From Leptospiraceae bacterium (GTDB lineage: Bacteria > Spirochaetota > Leptospiria > Leptospirales > Leptonemataceae): a stretch of 64,000 nt of DNA. The stretch lies in the NCBI GenBank assembly GCA_026005135.1, contig BPKM01000008.1, forward strand, positions 20,250 to 84,249. The letters run 5' to 3'. Made by a program: the position numbers and the translations under genes. How positions within the stretch are numbered: the first letter of the stretch is position 1; every line of letters starts with the position of its first letter. Below, piece after piece: positions 39,248 to 50,139 of this stretch. Below the pieces are notes generated by a model that did no database searches, was not told the origin of the DNA, and was given only the letters and a program-made list of their open reading frames with translations.

Positions 39248-39541
39248 TTATCCTTCGTATTTTTTTCTTATTAAGTGAAATTGATTAATTTTTATTTGAG
39301 CAATACGTTTTAATTCTTTAATATCATTTAAATATTTTTTCAATTCTTTATCAAAAAGACTTCTTTCTTCCATTTTTCTTAATGAATCTCTTAAAAAAAT
39401 CAAATCTTCTTCTTTAGCAATTCTCTTTTGTAATAATAATTTTTTTAAAATATCAAATTCAAATTTTCTTAAATGCACTCGAATTAAAAATTGAACACCA
39501 AATTTTTCTACTGCTTTTCCCCAGTTTCCAGATAAATTCAT
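39248..39541 (-). CDS. Hypothetical protein.
   Basis: 97-aa ORF in a same-strand gene string. No recognised motif. Confidence 0.4.
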   Translation of the reverse strand: MNLSGNWGKAVEKFGVQFLIRVHLRKFEFDILKKLLLQKRIAKEEDLIFLRDSLRKMEERSLFDKELKKYLNDIKELKRIAQIKINQFHLIRKKYEG

Positions 39542-39602
39542 TCGAGCTAATTCTTGATACTCCGCTGTATCGACTGCTCTTCGATGTTCCTGAACAGAAA
39601 CC

Positions 39603-40196
39603 TCATCTGAAGACTCCTGTTATTTCTATATCCTGAAAAGTTTCTTCCTCTTCTTCTGGAATAAGTTGCTTTAATTTACCTATACGATAATCATCTTTAA
39701 AATGATCCGGTTTTTCTCTTATAATACGAGTAAATTGATCTAACATCAAGCAAATATTTAGAACTTTTCCTAAATTTGTATTATTAAGTTCTTTTACCTT
39801 TGGCATCAATTCTCTAATAATAGTTTCTGCTCCTGCTAATTTTCGTTTTTCTATTTCATAAACCTTTTCTAATTTTTTATTATACACAGATAAAAGTTTT
39901 TCTATAATTTCTAATTCTGCTACAACATATCCATAGATACCCGGTATTTTCAGTATTGTATCTGGCTCAACAATATGAATAATAAATAAAAAATTAGACT
40001 CATTTAATAATTTTATATAATAAAGTGCCATATCTTCAGAATAGACTAAATCATTTAGATGTTTTCGAAAAATTATATCAGAAGTAGGAATAGGGTCTTC
40101 GTATATTTTTAAATTTATGTCTTTGATTCTATCCCTTATTTTTAATAAAGTATCTAATAAACTTTCTTTTTCTTCTTTAAGTTCCCTTCTTGCCAT
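39603..40196 (-). CDS. Hypothetical protein.
   Basis: 197-aa ORF that follows kdsB after a 16-nt gap. No recognised motif. Confidence 0.5.
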   Translation of the reverse strand: MARRELKEEKESLLDTLLKIRDRIKDINLKIYEDPIPTSDIIFRKHLNDLVYSEDMALYYIKLLNESNFLFIIHIVEPDTILKIPGIYGYVVAELEIIEKLLSVYNKKLEKVYEIEKRKLAGAETIIRELMPKVKELNNTNLGKVLNICLMLDQFTRIIREKPDHFKDDYRIGKLKQLIPEEEEETFQDIEITGVFR

Positions 40197-40212
40197 ACAA
40201 TTAAGTAAAAAT

Positions 40213-40966
40213 TTATTTTAACATATTTTTTTGTTTAAATAATTCTGTGATGGTTTTTAAATCTTCAGGTGTATCTACACCTGGTAAAGAATCATCAGTT
40301 AAATAAACACCTATATTAAAATCATTTTCTAATACTCGTAGTTGTTCTAAAGACTCTACATCTTCTAAAATAGATCTTGGTAAAGTAGCGAAACGTAATA
40401 AAAAATCTCTTTCGTAAGCATAAATTCCTAAATGAAGATAAATAGGATGATTAATTGGATTTCTGGGAAATGGTATTAAAGAACGAGAAAAATATAGAGC
40501 TCGTCCTTTTTTAGAAACAACAACCTTTACACGATTAGGTTGTAATGGATCTTCATTATGTTTAAATGGCCTTGCTGCGGTTGATACTTCCCATTCTGGA
40601 TATTCTATTTTATTTTTAATAACACCATCAATTAATTCTGGCTCTATTCCCTGGTTCATCTCCCTGAATATTTATTATTATAGAATAATCTGCATATATA
40701 TTTGCTACTTCTGCTACCCTATCTGTTCCACTTTTATGTTCTTCACTTGTTATTAAACATTCTCCTCCAAAAGATTCTACAACTTCTCTTACCCTTTCAT
40801 CTTCAGTTGCAATAATAATTTTATCTATATATTGACTTTTCATAGCTGCTTCGTATACATAACGAATCATTGGCCAGCTACCAATTTTTGCTATTACTTT
40901 TCCTGGAAATCTCGTAGAAGAATATCTTGCTGGAATAACTGCTAATATTTTTTTATTTTGATTCAT
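40213..40966 (-). pseudogene. kdsB: 3-deoxy-manno-octulosonate cytidylyltransferase (CMP-KDO synthetase), split by a single-base frameshift.
   Basis: The N-terminal fragment has AVIPARYSSTRFPGK, GTDRVAEVA and INIQGDEP. The C-terminal fragment resumes with IEPELIDGV ... LEQLRVLEN. The frames overlap at 40628-40659. Removing one A from GGGAATAGAG (around 40647) restores QGDEPGIEPELIDGV. Confidence 0.8.
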
Positions 40967-40982
40967 ATCTATATCTCCTTTT

Positions 40983-41789
40983 TTATAACTGTATATAATT
41001 TAATAATTTTAAAGAATCCTTAATTGCTTTAGGATTATGTGTGCGAATCCAATCTACTCCTTTTAATATTAATGCAATCTCGCATGCTAAGGTTACATAG
41101 TTTCTCTCTTTTGGATTTTCTATATTTGCAACTTTACCAAGAAAAGATTTTCTGGATACAGAGACATAAACTGGTAATCCATAACGTTTTTTTAATTCTG
41201 GTATCATATTAATTACACAAAAGGAATTAAGATAGTTATTTCCAAGAAAAAATCCCATCCCAGGATCAATTAAAATTCTTTCTTTAGATATTCCTGCTTG
41301 TATTAGAGCATTTAATCTATCGTCAAAAAAATTAATAATTGAATAAAAGATTTGATTATGATCCACTTCTTGATCCATCTGTGCTCTTCCTGACGATATC
41401 TGATGCATTACAATTAATTTTACTTCATGATCTCTTAAAAGAGGATATAAATCGGAATTAGGAAAACCATTTATATCATTTAAATATTTTATTTGATAAT
41501 TTAAACAAAATTTTTGTGTTTCGTATCTCCATGTATCAATAGAAATGGGTATATTATTTTCTATTGCAAATTCTATAATTGGTTTTAATCGTTTTATTTC
41601 TTCTTCAATAGATACGTCTTTCCCCATTGGATTACTGGAAATAGCTCCTATATCAATAACATCAGAATATTGACTTAAATTTATTAATTGATTTTTTGCT
41701 TTTTCAATAGATAAATATTCACCACCATCAGAAAAAGAATCTTCTGTAATATTTAGTATTCCAGCTAAATAAATATTATTGTTTAACAT
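40983..41789 (-). CDS. folP: Dihydropteroate synthase.
   Basis: GILNITEDSFSDGG, DIGAISSNP, DPGMGFF, RKSFLG. Confidence 0.85.
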   Translation of the reverse strand: MLNNNIYLAGILNITEDSFSDGGEYLSIEKAKNQLINLSQYSDVIDIGAISSNPMGKDVSIEEEIKRLKPIIEFAIENNIPISIDTWRYETQKFCLNYQIKYLNDINGFPNSDLYPLLRDHEVKLIVMHQISSGRAQMDQEVDHNQIFYSIINFFDDRLNALIQAGISKERILIDPGMGFFLGNNYLNSFCVINMIPELKKRYGLPVYVSVSRKSFLGKVANIENPKERNYVTLACEIALILKGVDWIRTHNPKAIKDSLKLLNYIQL

Positions 41790-41795
41790 AATGTC

Positions 41796-43445
41796 TTAAT
41801 TTGTTAAAAAATCTAAAAATGTCTTGTTTTCAATTAAATTTTTCCATTCTTCATTTTCCTGTATAAGAGATTGTATTAAAGGTTCTTCTTTTGCAATTGT
41901 TCGATAATTTGTATTTAAGTCAATGGCATTCTTTAAATAATCAAATGCAGATTCATATTGATTTTTGGAAAGTAATTCTATTGCATTCATATAATTTAAA
42001 AAAGCTTTTAAATTTTCATTTGTTAGAGAATGATAATTTTGATAAAACTTTTCAAAAAGAATTTTAAGAAAACTATAATCTTTAACTTTATAAGTATTAT
42101 AAATTAATAATAATGACAAATAATCTTTATAAGGAACTTCCTTCAAAATATTATGAAATTCATATTCCAATAAATCAGAAGTATTAAGAAATTTCTCATT
42201 AGATAAATATTGTTTTAATAAAAAATCACCATAAGAATTAGATATAATTTCCCAGAATTGCGATTCTTGTCTATATGCTAAAAGTTTCTCTATTTTAGAT
42301 AATTCTTTATCATATATTAGTAATAATATAATATAAAATTGATTAAAAAAATTTGAATAGGGGATAATCTTTGTATTCTGATAATTTATATTTTCTATAA
42401 AATATTCATATAATTCGTCATATTTCTTTTGATAAAAAAAATCAAGCATACTATATAAATATTTTTCTGGATATTCATTTTCTAAGTAAATTAAATATCT
42501 TTTATATTCTTCGTTAATCTGGTTTTGTAATGCTTTACTTAATAAAAAAACAATATAATAATTTTTTTCTTTTTGGAAATTGTTTACATTTTCCTTAGAA
42601 AATAACTCATCTATCTTAAATAATATTTTATCTACTACATCAAATTTTTCTAAATTCAAATAAATATATGCTCTCAGGATCTCTAAATAATATAAATTTC
42701 TTTTATCTGTTTTTTCTATATTATTATATGATTTTTCAATATGTTCTTGAGCTTCTAATAATTTACCCTTATTATAATACATTAATGCCATTTGAAAATT
42801 AGCATACCAGTTCTCTGGTTCTAACTCTAAAACTTTTAAAAATATTTCTGAAGCTTTTTCTTTATTTCCAGCTTCCTTATATAAATTGCCTGCTTTGATT
42901 AAAAACAATACATTCTTTTTAATAGAAAACATTTCTAAATATTTTTCTGCTGCCTGTTGATAATTTTGTTCTTCTTCTAATTGTTTTGCTTCGTAAAGTA
43001 AATCCTGTAATCGTAATTTTTCTGGATCATAATGTTTCTCTGCTAATAATACATATTTTTCCACTTCTTTTGATGGCTTAAATTTTAAAAAAGCTTTTGA
43101 ATATATATATAATTTTTCCCAATCTTCTATAAATTTATAATAATTTACAATTTTCCAGAAAGATTGTTCTTTTAAATCCTTTTGACAATAGACCTTAATT
43201 GCATTTTGAAATTGTTCTATTGATTTTTCTTTTTCTTTTAATTTTTCGTAAGTTAACCCTAAATAATAATAACCATAACATTCTTTGGGATATAATCGTA
43301 TTTCTTTTACAAAATAATCTATCGCAGATTTATAATCTCTTTTTGCTAATGCTTTTTTTCCATAGAGAAGATTTTCTGATTCACCACCTAAAGCGAAAGG
43401 AAATAAAAATATAATAATTAAGAACTTTAATTTAATCGAATTCAT
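41796..43445 (-). CDS. TPR-repeat protein with signal peptide.
   Basis: N-terminal MNSIKLKFLIIIFLFPFALG. Repeated A..Y/..G..Y....A TPR-like units run throughout. Confidence 0.65.
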   Translation of the reverse strand: MNSIKLKFLIIIFLFPFALGGESENLLYGKKALAKRDYKSAIDYFVKEIRLYPKECYGYYYLGLTYEKLKEKEKSIEQFQNAIKVYCQKDLKEQSFWKIVNYYKFIEDWEKLYIYSKAFLKFKPSKEVEKYVLLAEKHYDPEKLRLQDLLYEAKQLEEEQNYQQAAEKYLEMFSIKKNVLFLIKAGNLYKEAGNKEKASEIFLKVLELEPENWYANFQMALMYYNKGKLLEAQEHIEKSYNNIEKTDKRNLYYLEILRAYIYLNLEKFDVVDKILFKIDELFSKENVNNFQKEKNYYIVFLLSKALQNQINEEYKRYLIYLENEYPEKYLYSMLDFFYQKKYDELYEYFIENINYQNTKIIPYSNFFNQFYIILLLIYDKELSKIEKLLAYRQESQFWEIISNSYGDFLLKQYLSNEKFLNTSDLLEYEFHNILKEVPYKDYLSLLLIYNTYKVKDYSFLKILFEKFYQNYHSLTNENLKAFLNYMNAIELLSKNQYESAFDYLKNAIDLNTNYRTIAKEEPLIQSLIQENEEWKNLIENKTFLDFLTN

Positions 43446-43508
43446 TTTTTTATTTACTATTTTTAAAAAGGATTGACAATAAAAGACTAATTTTGAGATT
43501 TTTTCTCT

Positions 43509-44246
43509 GTGTCAACACTATTAATAGAAATAAAAAATTTAAGTAAACATTACGGGGCTAAAATAGCATTAAACAACATTTATTTAAAGTTAAATCAGAA
43601 CGAAGTGGTTGGTATCTTAGGATTAAATGGAGCGGGGAAATCAACCTGTTTAAAAATACTCGCTGGTATCTTACCACCCACAAAAGGAGAAATCTACTTA
43701 AAAAATACTCTAATCTATAATTCAGAAACTCATCAAACAGATGATTATTTACTTCAATATAAATCTAAACTACGAATTGGTTACTTACCAGAATTTGTAA
43801 CATTATATCCAGAATTAACTGTAAAAGATTTTTTAAATTTTATGATGGTTATAAAAGATGTTCCAAAGTACAAAAGAGAAGAAGAATTAAAAAATGCTAT
43901 ACAAAAGACTCATTTAGAAGAATACGAAAATACATTAATCAAATATTTATCTCTTGGTTATCAAAAAAGAACAGGAATTGCACAAACAATCTTAGGCAAT
44001 CCAGATTTTATTATTTTAGATGAACCAATTTCTGGATTGGATCCAAGACAAATTATAGAAATAAGAAATTTAATACGAGAATTAGCGAAAGAACATACAA
44101 TTATAATTTCCAGTCATATTTTATCAGAAGTAGCACAAACTTGCGATAGAGTTTATATTTTACATAAAGGAGAAATAGTTAAAGAAGTATCAAAACAAGA
44201 ATTACCACAAATAGAAACAATCTTTATGGAGGCTACCAATGCTTGA
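43509..44246 (+). CDS. ABC transporter ATP-binding protein (GldA-like).
   Basis: GLNGAGKST (Walker A), LSLGYQKR (signature), FIILDEP (Walker B). GTG start. Confidence 0.85.
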   Translation: MSTLLIEIKNLSKHYGAKIALNNIYLKLNQNEVVGILGLNGAGKSTCLKILAGILPPTKGEIYLKNTLIYNSETHQTDDYLLQYKSKLRIGYLPEFVTLYPELTVKDFLNFMMVIKDVPKYKREEELKNAIQKTHLEEYENTLIKYLSLGYQKRTGIAQTILGNPDFIILDEPISGLDPRQIIEIRNLIRELAKEHTIIISSHILSEVAQTCDRVYILHKGEIVKEVSKQELPQIETIFMEATNA

Positions 44247-44970
44247 ACGTTTTCTTGCTATTATTAAAAAAGAATTACAAACCTTACCAGCAAGTACAAT
44301 TCCACAATTTACTATTGGAATATTAAGTTTTTCGATAGGATTAATATCTATATTGCTTATGTTATCTCGCGGTCTAACTTACGAAAATGCATCTGCTATA
44401 TTGATTCATTATTTTTATATATTAACATTATTTTCTGGTATGTTTTTATCCATTCCATCAATTATTTATGAAAAACGATATAAAATGTTAGATTTTTTGT
44501 TTATTCATTCTATTAATGAATTTGAATTTATAAGTGCAAAAATAGTTATTTATACTTTTATCAACTGGTTTGTTCTCTCTCTTTTATTTATTATATATAC
44601 ATTATTAATTGTAAAAACACCATTTTACATTGTTTTAACATGTATTATTGGATTTTTGTTTTTATCTTACTATTCTACCAGTATAGGTATTTTTGCTTCT
44701 ACCATTACAAATAGTATCACTACTTCTTTTTTTCTTGCTGGATTTATTCTTTTATTAATTGATATTGGTGGTTTTTTATCGGGACTATTTCCTTCCCCTG
44801 CAAAAGAAATATTTAGTTATTTTCATGCAATTAATCAATTTATGCCTTTATCCAAAGGGATATTAACGATTAAAGGTATCTTTTTCTTTTTAAGTATTGG
44901 ATTATTTTTTCATTATTTAAGTATTATAATCTTACAATTGCAAAGATTTAAAGGAATTAAAGATTTATAA
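44239..44970 (+). CDS. ABC-2 type permease (GldF-like).
   Basis: Six TM helices. Overlaps the ATPase gene by 8 nt. Confidence 0.7.
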   Translation: MLERFLAIIKKELQTLPASTIPQFTIGILSFSIGLISILLMLSRGLTYENASAILIHYFYILTLFSGMFLSIPSIIYEKRYKMLDFLFIHSINEFEFISAKIVIYTFINWFVLSLLFIIYTLLIVKTPFYIVLTCIIGFLFLSYYSTSIGIFASTITNSITTSFFLAGFILLLIDIGGFLSGLFPSPAKEIFSYFHAINQFMPLSKGILTIKGIFFFLSIGLFFHYLSIIILQLQRFKGIKDL

Positions 44971-44981
44971 AGGGGGCTCTT

Positions 44982-46823
44982 ATGCAAAGATACATCGTTG
45001 GTATTATAGGTAGCATTTTACATCTTACAGGTTTAATTTTTATTTGTACATCTTTTTATTTATTACCAGAAAACTATTGGGGTTATTTTTTAATATTTGC
45101 AGGTTTATTTTTTATAATTATTGATGGTTATTTTTTATATCAAACTTCAAAATCCTTACAGGAAACAATGCATTTTATAAATTTATTTCTAATTGATGGA
45201 CTTGTAATCTTATTTTTTATTATATTATGGTTTATTGAAGTTCCTGCACTTAAAGACAATAAAACATTCTGGAATAATCTACGAACCTTTTTTATTTTTC
45301 TGTTTTTATTAAGTTTATTTATTCATTTTATTTATAGAAATATTGTAGGTTATCATTATTATAATCAGCTTTATCAAAAAACAGCTATCAAAATTAGTAG
45401 TTTAAAAATTATATCTCAATCTATTTTTTTAGTTTTAGTACTTTTTTTAATAAATCTATTACTTATTAAATGGGATTTAACCATTGATTTAACACCTGGA
45501 TATTATTCTTTTAGCAAAAAAACAAAAGATATTATTGCTTCTATAAAGAGCCAAAATATTAAAATATTTGTTTTTTTACCAGATCAACAATTAGTTCAAA
45601 CCAAAAAAGATACAACAGTACCAGAAATTTATAATTTTTCCGAAGAATTAAAAATCATGTTTAGCAGTATTTCTAAAATTAATCCAGAAATAGAAGTACA
45701 ATTTTATAATGCTGATCTTTTAGAAAATAATAATCAAAGTTTTGGAAATGTAACAAATGGTACTATCATACTTCGTAATTATAGTAATACTCAAACCAAT
45801 TTACCTTATACCGAAAGAAGAATTTATGTATTTTCTTCTTACGATTTAGAAAAATTAGAACAAAATTTTATTCGATCTTTGCTACAAATTGCAAGTGAGC
45901 CTATTAAAGTTTATTTTTCTACAGGTTTTGGTGAACGATATATCAATGTTCAAAAAAAACCATATAATATAGATTATTTTATAGATGTTCTTCGTATCTA
46001 TAATTTTGAAATTTTTGAATGGAATGAAGCAAAAGGCTTCCCTTATAGCATTCCAGAAGATACACAAATTTTAGTTTTTGCAGGATCTCAATATCCAATT
46101 CCTAAGGATACACAAAAAGTAATTTTAGATTATCTAACTAATAAAAATGGTAAATTACTGATAATGATAGATCCCAATGGAAAAGAAAATTTTAACTGGT
46201 TATTAGAATCCTTAAATTTAAATTATAGATTTCATATAGCAAATTTATTACAAATAGAAAGAAAGCCAAATTTTATTTATACAGATCAAATTGGTATAAT
46301 GGATTTAACACAAAATATAAGAAATATTGAAAGACCACGAATTTTATTTACTGCTAGAGGATATTTTGATAAAATCAATCAATTACAAAAAATATCTGAT
46401 TACATAGTAAAAGAATTTTTATTTACTACTTATACTACGTGGAATGATGTAAATCAAAACTTAAAAAAAGATAAAATACCAGAAGAAAACAATAAAAGAT
46501 TTACCTTAGGTATTGCAATTGAAAAAGAAAACTCCAAAATTGTTCTCTATTCTGATGTAGATTGGATTACAAATAAATATTTAATCCAGAATATTTATAA
46601 TTTAAATCTACAATTAGCAACAGATACATTATTTTATCTTGGAAATAGAATGAATATACCTGGTATTTTAGAAGAGAAAAGAGAAAATCAAAATATTCTT
46701 ATAGATGAAAGTGGAAAAGTACGACTTTTTATAATTGGTATTATTATAATTCCTTTATCAATGATTATTTTAGTTGGATTATTAGTATATTTTTATAATA
46801 AAAAACATAAAATAACCTTATAG
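44982..46823 (+). CDS. GldG-like ABC-transporter auxiliary protein (N-terminal TM bundle, large periplasmic domain, C-terminal anchor).
   Basis: Assigned from its position after the ATPase and ABC-2 permease, its size, and its TM-periplasmic-TM topology. Family recall is moderate. Confidence 0.5.
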   Translation: MQRYIVGIIGSILHLTGLIFICTSFYLLPENYWGYFLIFAGLFFIIIDGYFLYQTSKSLQETMHFINLFLIDGLVILFFIILWFIEVPALKDNKTFWNNLRTFFIFLFLLSLFIHFIYRNIVGYHYYNQLYQKTAIKISSLKIISQSIFLVLVLFLINLLLIKWDLTIDLTPGYYSFSKKTKDIIASIKSQNIKIFVFLPDQQLVQTKKDTTVPEIYNFSEELKIMFSSISKINPEIEVQFYNADLLENNNQSFGNVTNGTIILRNYSNTQTNLPYTERRIYVFSSYDLEKLEQNFIRSLLQIASEPIKVYFSTGFGERYINVQKKPYNIDYFIDVLRIYNFEIFEWNEAKGFPYSIPEDTQILVFAGSQYPIPKDTQKVILDYLTNKNGKLLIMIDPNGKENFNWLLESLNLNYRFHIANLLQIERKPNFIYTDQIGIMDLTQNIRNIERPRILFTARGYFDKINQLQKISDYIVKEFLFTTYTTWNDVNQNLKKDKIPEENNKRFTLGIAIEKENSKIVLYSDVDWITNKYLIQNIYNLNLQLATDTLFYLGNRMNIPGILEEKRENQNILIDESGKVRLFIIGIIIIPLSMIILVGLLVYFYNKKHKITL

Positions 46824-46831
46824 CCCGCACT

Positions 46832-47800
46832 ATGAAGACACAAAATATTAAGACAAAATATTATTTTATAGGAATCAGTATATTAATTATAATTATTCTT
46901 TTTATAATCTTAAATGATACTTCAAATAACAAAATATGTGATGCCCATAAAACAAATTCTCTTACTTTAATGAAGGAACCTTATTTAATAAAAATATTTA
47001 AAGAAAACGATAATCTATTATTAAAAATTCAATTTTTAAATTCTGATAAAAAAGAAATCATTTATAAAGCATCTTCGGTATTACATAATTTTTTTAACGA
47101 AATCAATCCTTTATGTTCCGAAATTGTTTATAAATTAAATCCAGAAAATTTTAAAGAATCTTTTTGTTTTTTAGCAGAAAATTACTCTATTTGTAGAGGA
47201 AAAGTATTACAAAAAGGATATCCTGTTTCCATAAAAGAAAAAGAAACTTTATCCAAAAATATGTATATCTTAAATACTTATCCATGGCAAAATATTGAAG
47301 AAACAATCATTCAAATACAAAATGAACCTCAAAATTTAAATCGTATTTTGAATTTTATTGATTCTCGTATCTGGAATTTACCAGAAAAATCTTTTATAGC
47401 AAAAGTAAAATTTTCCTATAATAATAAAAAATTTCTTTTAAACAAGAAAAAAGAACAATGGTTCCTAAATCAAAATCCTATATCCCCTGGTATAGCAATG
47501 AAATTTGTTAATCAAATTGTAATGATGGAAGAAGATATAAATTTTAAAAATATTTATAATAAAAACGAACTTATACCTTTAATAACAATAAATTTTATGC
47601 TGGATTTTCAAGAATGGAAGTTTTCTCTATTTCAAAAAAAAGATTATAAATTTACTATTTACAAAACCTCTCATCAACCAGAAGAATTTTTAATAGAAGT
47701 AAATCAGAACATAAAATTCTTAAAAAAATATAGTTATGATCAATTAATGCAAAATCTAAATACCCTCATAAAACAATTGCCTGAGAATAAAGAATCATAA
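46832..47800 (+). CDS. Hypothetical anchored protein, possibly the DUF4340-like partner of GldG-type systems.
   Basis: N-terminal TM helix. Assigned by gene order only. Confidence 0.4.
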   Translation: MKTQNIKTKYYFIGISILIIIILFIILNDTSNNKICDAHKTNSLTLMKEPYLIKIFKENDNLLLKIQFLNSDKKEIIYKASSVLHNFFNEINPLCSEIVYKLNPENFKESFCFLAENYSICRGKVLQKGYPVSIKEKETLSKNMYILNTYPWQNIEETIIQIQNEPQNLNRILNFIDSRIWNLPEKSFIAKVKFSYNNKKFLLNKKKEQWFLNQNPISPGIAMKFVNQIVMMEEDINFKNIYNKNELIPLITINFMLDFQEWKFSLFQKKDYKFTIYKTSHQPEEFLIEVNQNIKFLKKYSYDQLMQNLNTLIKQLPENKES

Positions 47801-47835
47801 TTTTTGTTTTTATAATTATTAAATGGATTCATTTA

Positions 47836-48417
47836 ATGAAAGTTATTTTCTATAAGAATTCTCGTTATATGGCTAAATTTAGAAGTTTAAGTATTATATT
47901 ATTAATTTTCCTATTAGAATGCAAAACCTATTATAAAGAATTAAAAGTATTTCCAGAAAATTTAAAACAGGTTTTTATTGAAAATTTTTCTAATCAAACT
48001 TTTGAACCATATATTCATTTAGAATTAACAGATGTCTTAAAACAGAAATTTCATACAAGAAATACACTTATTTTAACTAAGGAACCTGATAATACAAAAT
48101 ATATATTAAAAGGTAAAGTTATTCTTTTTAGAAGAGAAGTATTATTATATACTAATGAATTAGAACCCACACATTATAAAATTGATATGGTTGTAGAAAT
48201 TTATATCAATAAAAAAAATCAAACTCTATTAAAAGAAGAAGTTTATGATTCCATTCGTTATTCTCTTAAAGAAGGTGCTATAGAAAATGATTTTCAGGCT
48301 AGAAGAAGGCTTTACGAAAGAATCAGTCAAAAAATACTTTACCATTTAGAAAAAACCATTCTGGAAGATTTAAAAGGTACTATCGATGAAAATAGCAGAG
48401 ATAATACAACCAGATGA
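47836..48417 (+). CDS. Hypothetical lipoprotein, possibly LptE-like.
   Basis: Signal-like SLSIILLIFLLEC. The size and pattern (FIENFSNQTFEPYIHLELTDVLKQKF) resemble LptE. Low certainty. Confidence 0.35.
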   Translation: MKVIFYKNSRYMAKFRSLSIILLIFLLECKTYYKELKVFPENLKQVFIENFSNQTFEPYIHLELTDVLKQKFHTRNTLILTKEPDNTKYILKGKVILFRREVLLYTNELEPTHYKIDMVVEIYINKKNQTLLKEEVYDSIRYSLKEGAIENDFQARRRLYERISQKILYHLEKTILEDLKGTIDENSRDNTTR

Positions 48418-49465
48418 TTTTCATTTGCATTTACGAGATGGAATTTATCTTAAACATACTGTGACTTATAGTTCAAAATATGCCAGAGCTATTATAATGC
48501 CTAATTTAAAACCACCAATAACTTCAATTGAACAAGCAAAATCTTATCGAAATGAAATTTTAAATATTAATCCAGATTTTAATCCTTTAATGACATTATA
48601 TCTTAATCAAAATATTAAAAAAGAAGAATTAAAAAAATTTCCCGATATTCCCTGGCTCTTAGGTATTAAATTATATCCATCTGGTGCTACAACACATTCT
48701 GATTATGGAGTTAAAGTATCAGAATTAGAATATTTTTATTCCTATTTTGAATTAATGGAAAAATATAATATACCTTTATTGGTACATGGAGAAGTAGCAG
48801 ATTATGAAGTTGATTTTTTTGAACGAGAAAAAGTTTTTATTGAAAATCATTTAATTCCAATTAGAGAAAAATTTCCTTATTTAAAAATTGTTTTAGAACA
48901 TGTCTCCAGTAAAGAAGGAGTAGAATTTGTGAATCAATATGATTTAACAGCAGCAACAGTAACACCTCAACACTTACTTTTAACACGAAATGATCTTTTT
49001 TTTGGTGGAATTAATCCACATAATTTTTGTCTTCCTATTGTAAAAACTCAACATGATAAAGAAGCAATTGCTAAGGAAGTTTTACAGGGAAATCCAAAAT
49101 TTTTTGCTGGTACTGATAGTGCACCACATCCAAAACATAAAAAAGAAAGTTGTTGTGGACCAGCAGGTATTTTTTCTGCTCCTATTTCGATTGAATTATA
49201 TCTCCAGTTTTTTGATGATTATGGAAAATCCTTTTATAATAATTATACAGATAAAGATCTTTTAGAAAACAAAGAAGTTATAAACCGAATAGAAAACTTT
49301 TTATCAAAATTTGGCGCTGACTTTTATGGACTTGAATATAATAAAAAAACCATTTCTATCTATAAGCAAGAATTTTCTATACCTGAAGAATACCCCTTAG
49401 GAAATGAAACAGTTGTTCCAATGTGGGCAGGAAAAACATTAAAATATACTTGTTATATATCATAA
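48386..49465 (+). CDS. pyrC: Dihydroorotase (class II, E. coli type).
   Basis: PDDFHLHLRDG, KLYPSGATT, LLVHGE, LEHVSS, FAGTDSAPH. Confidence 0.85.
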   Translation: MKIAEIIQPDDFHLHLRDGIYLKHTVTYSSKYARAIIMPNLKPPITSIEQAKSYRNEILNINPDFNPLMTLYLNQNIKKEELKKFPDIPWLLGIKLYPSGATTHSDYGVKVSELEYFYSYFELMEKYNIPLLVHGEVADYEVDFFEREKVFIENHLIPIREKFPYLKIVLEHVSSKEGVEFVNQYDLTAATVTPQHLLLTRNDLFFGGINPHNFCLPIVKTQHDKEAIAKEVLQGNPKFFAGTDSAPHPKHKKESCCGPAGIFSAPISIELYLQFFDDYGKSFYNNYTDKDLLENKEVINRIENFLSKFGADFYGLEYNKKTISIYKQEFSIPEEYPLGNETVVPMWAGKTLKYTCYIS

Positions 49466-49486
49466 TTGTATAATTAAAATTGTATT

Positions 49487-49966
49487 ATGGAAACTTTTAT
49501 TCAATACGAAATTGATTTAAATTATCAAGATTTTCTTTCTATGGCTCAAAAAGGTGTAGAAATTATTAAAAAAATATTAAATAACAATCCAGACTATTAT
49601 AAAGGTATAGTATGTCCTTTACGTGGTGGTTTTTATTTTACAGATTATATTTCCAGAAGAATAGATTTACCTGTACACTATCTTTATATATCTTCTTATG
49701 ATAATGGAAAAATTCAAAAAGAATTTAAAATTCATTTCTTACCAGAATTACAACCCCATAAACGATATTTAATATGTGATGATATTTTAGCTACAGGTAA
49801 TACTATTAAGAAGATAAAAGAATTATTTCCCAATGTAGATTTCGAAGCCATTGCCCTATATAAGCATAAAGATAAAGACTATCCTATAAAAAACTATGCT
49901 ATTAGAGAAGTTCATTCTTCTGTATGGATAAATTTTTTTTGGGAAAAAACAGATAATCACCTTTAA
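49487..49966 (+). CDS. Type I phosphoribosyltransferase family protein.
   Basis: PRPP-binding loop YLICDDILATGNTIKK. Confidence 0.7.
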   Translation: METFIQYEIDLNYQDFLSMAQKGVEIIKKILNNNPDYYKGIVCPLRGGFYFTDYISRRIDLPVHYLYISSYDNGKIQKEFKIHFLPELQPHKRYLICDDILATGNTIKKIKELFPNVDFEAIALYKHKDKDYPIKNYAIREVHSSVWINFFWEKTDNHL

Positions 49967-50139
49967 AATAACCAATTATACAAACATTTGATTAGCAATT
50001 TTTAAATATATGATTATTATTTCTATATTTTTAAAAAAATTTTCTAATTTTTCTTTAAAGAAATCCATTTTTAACGTCTCAAATAAATAAGAGAATTCAT
50101 TATGTATTTAAAAATATAACAATATATGGGAGAAAAACT

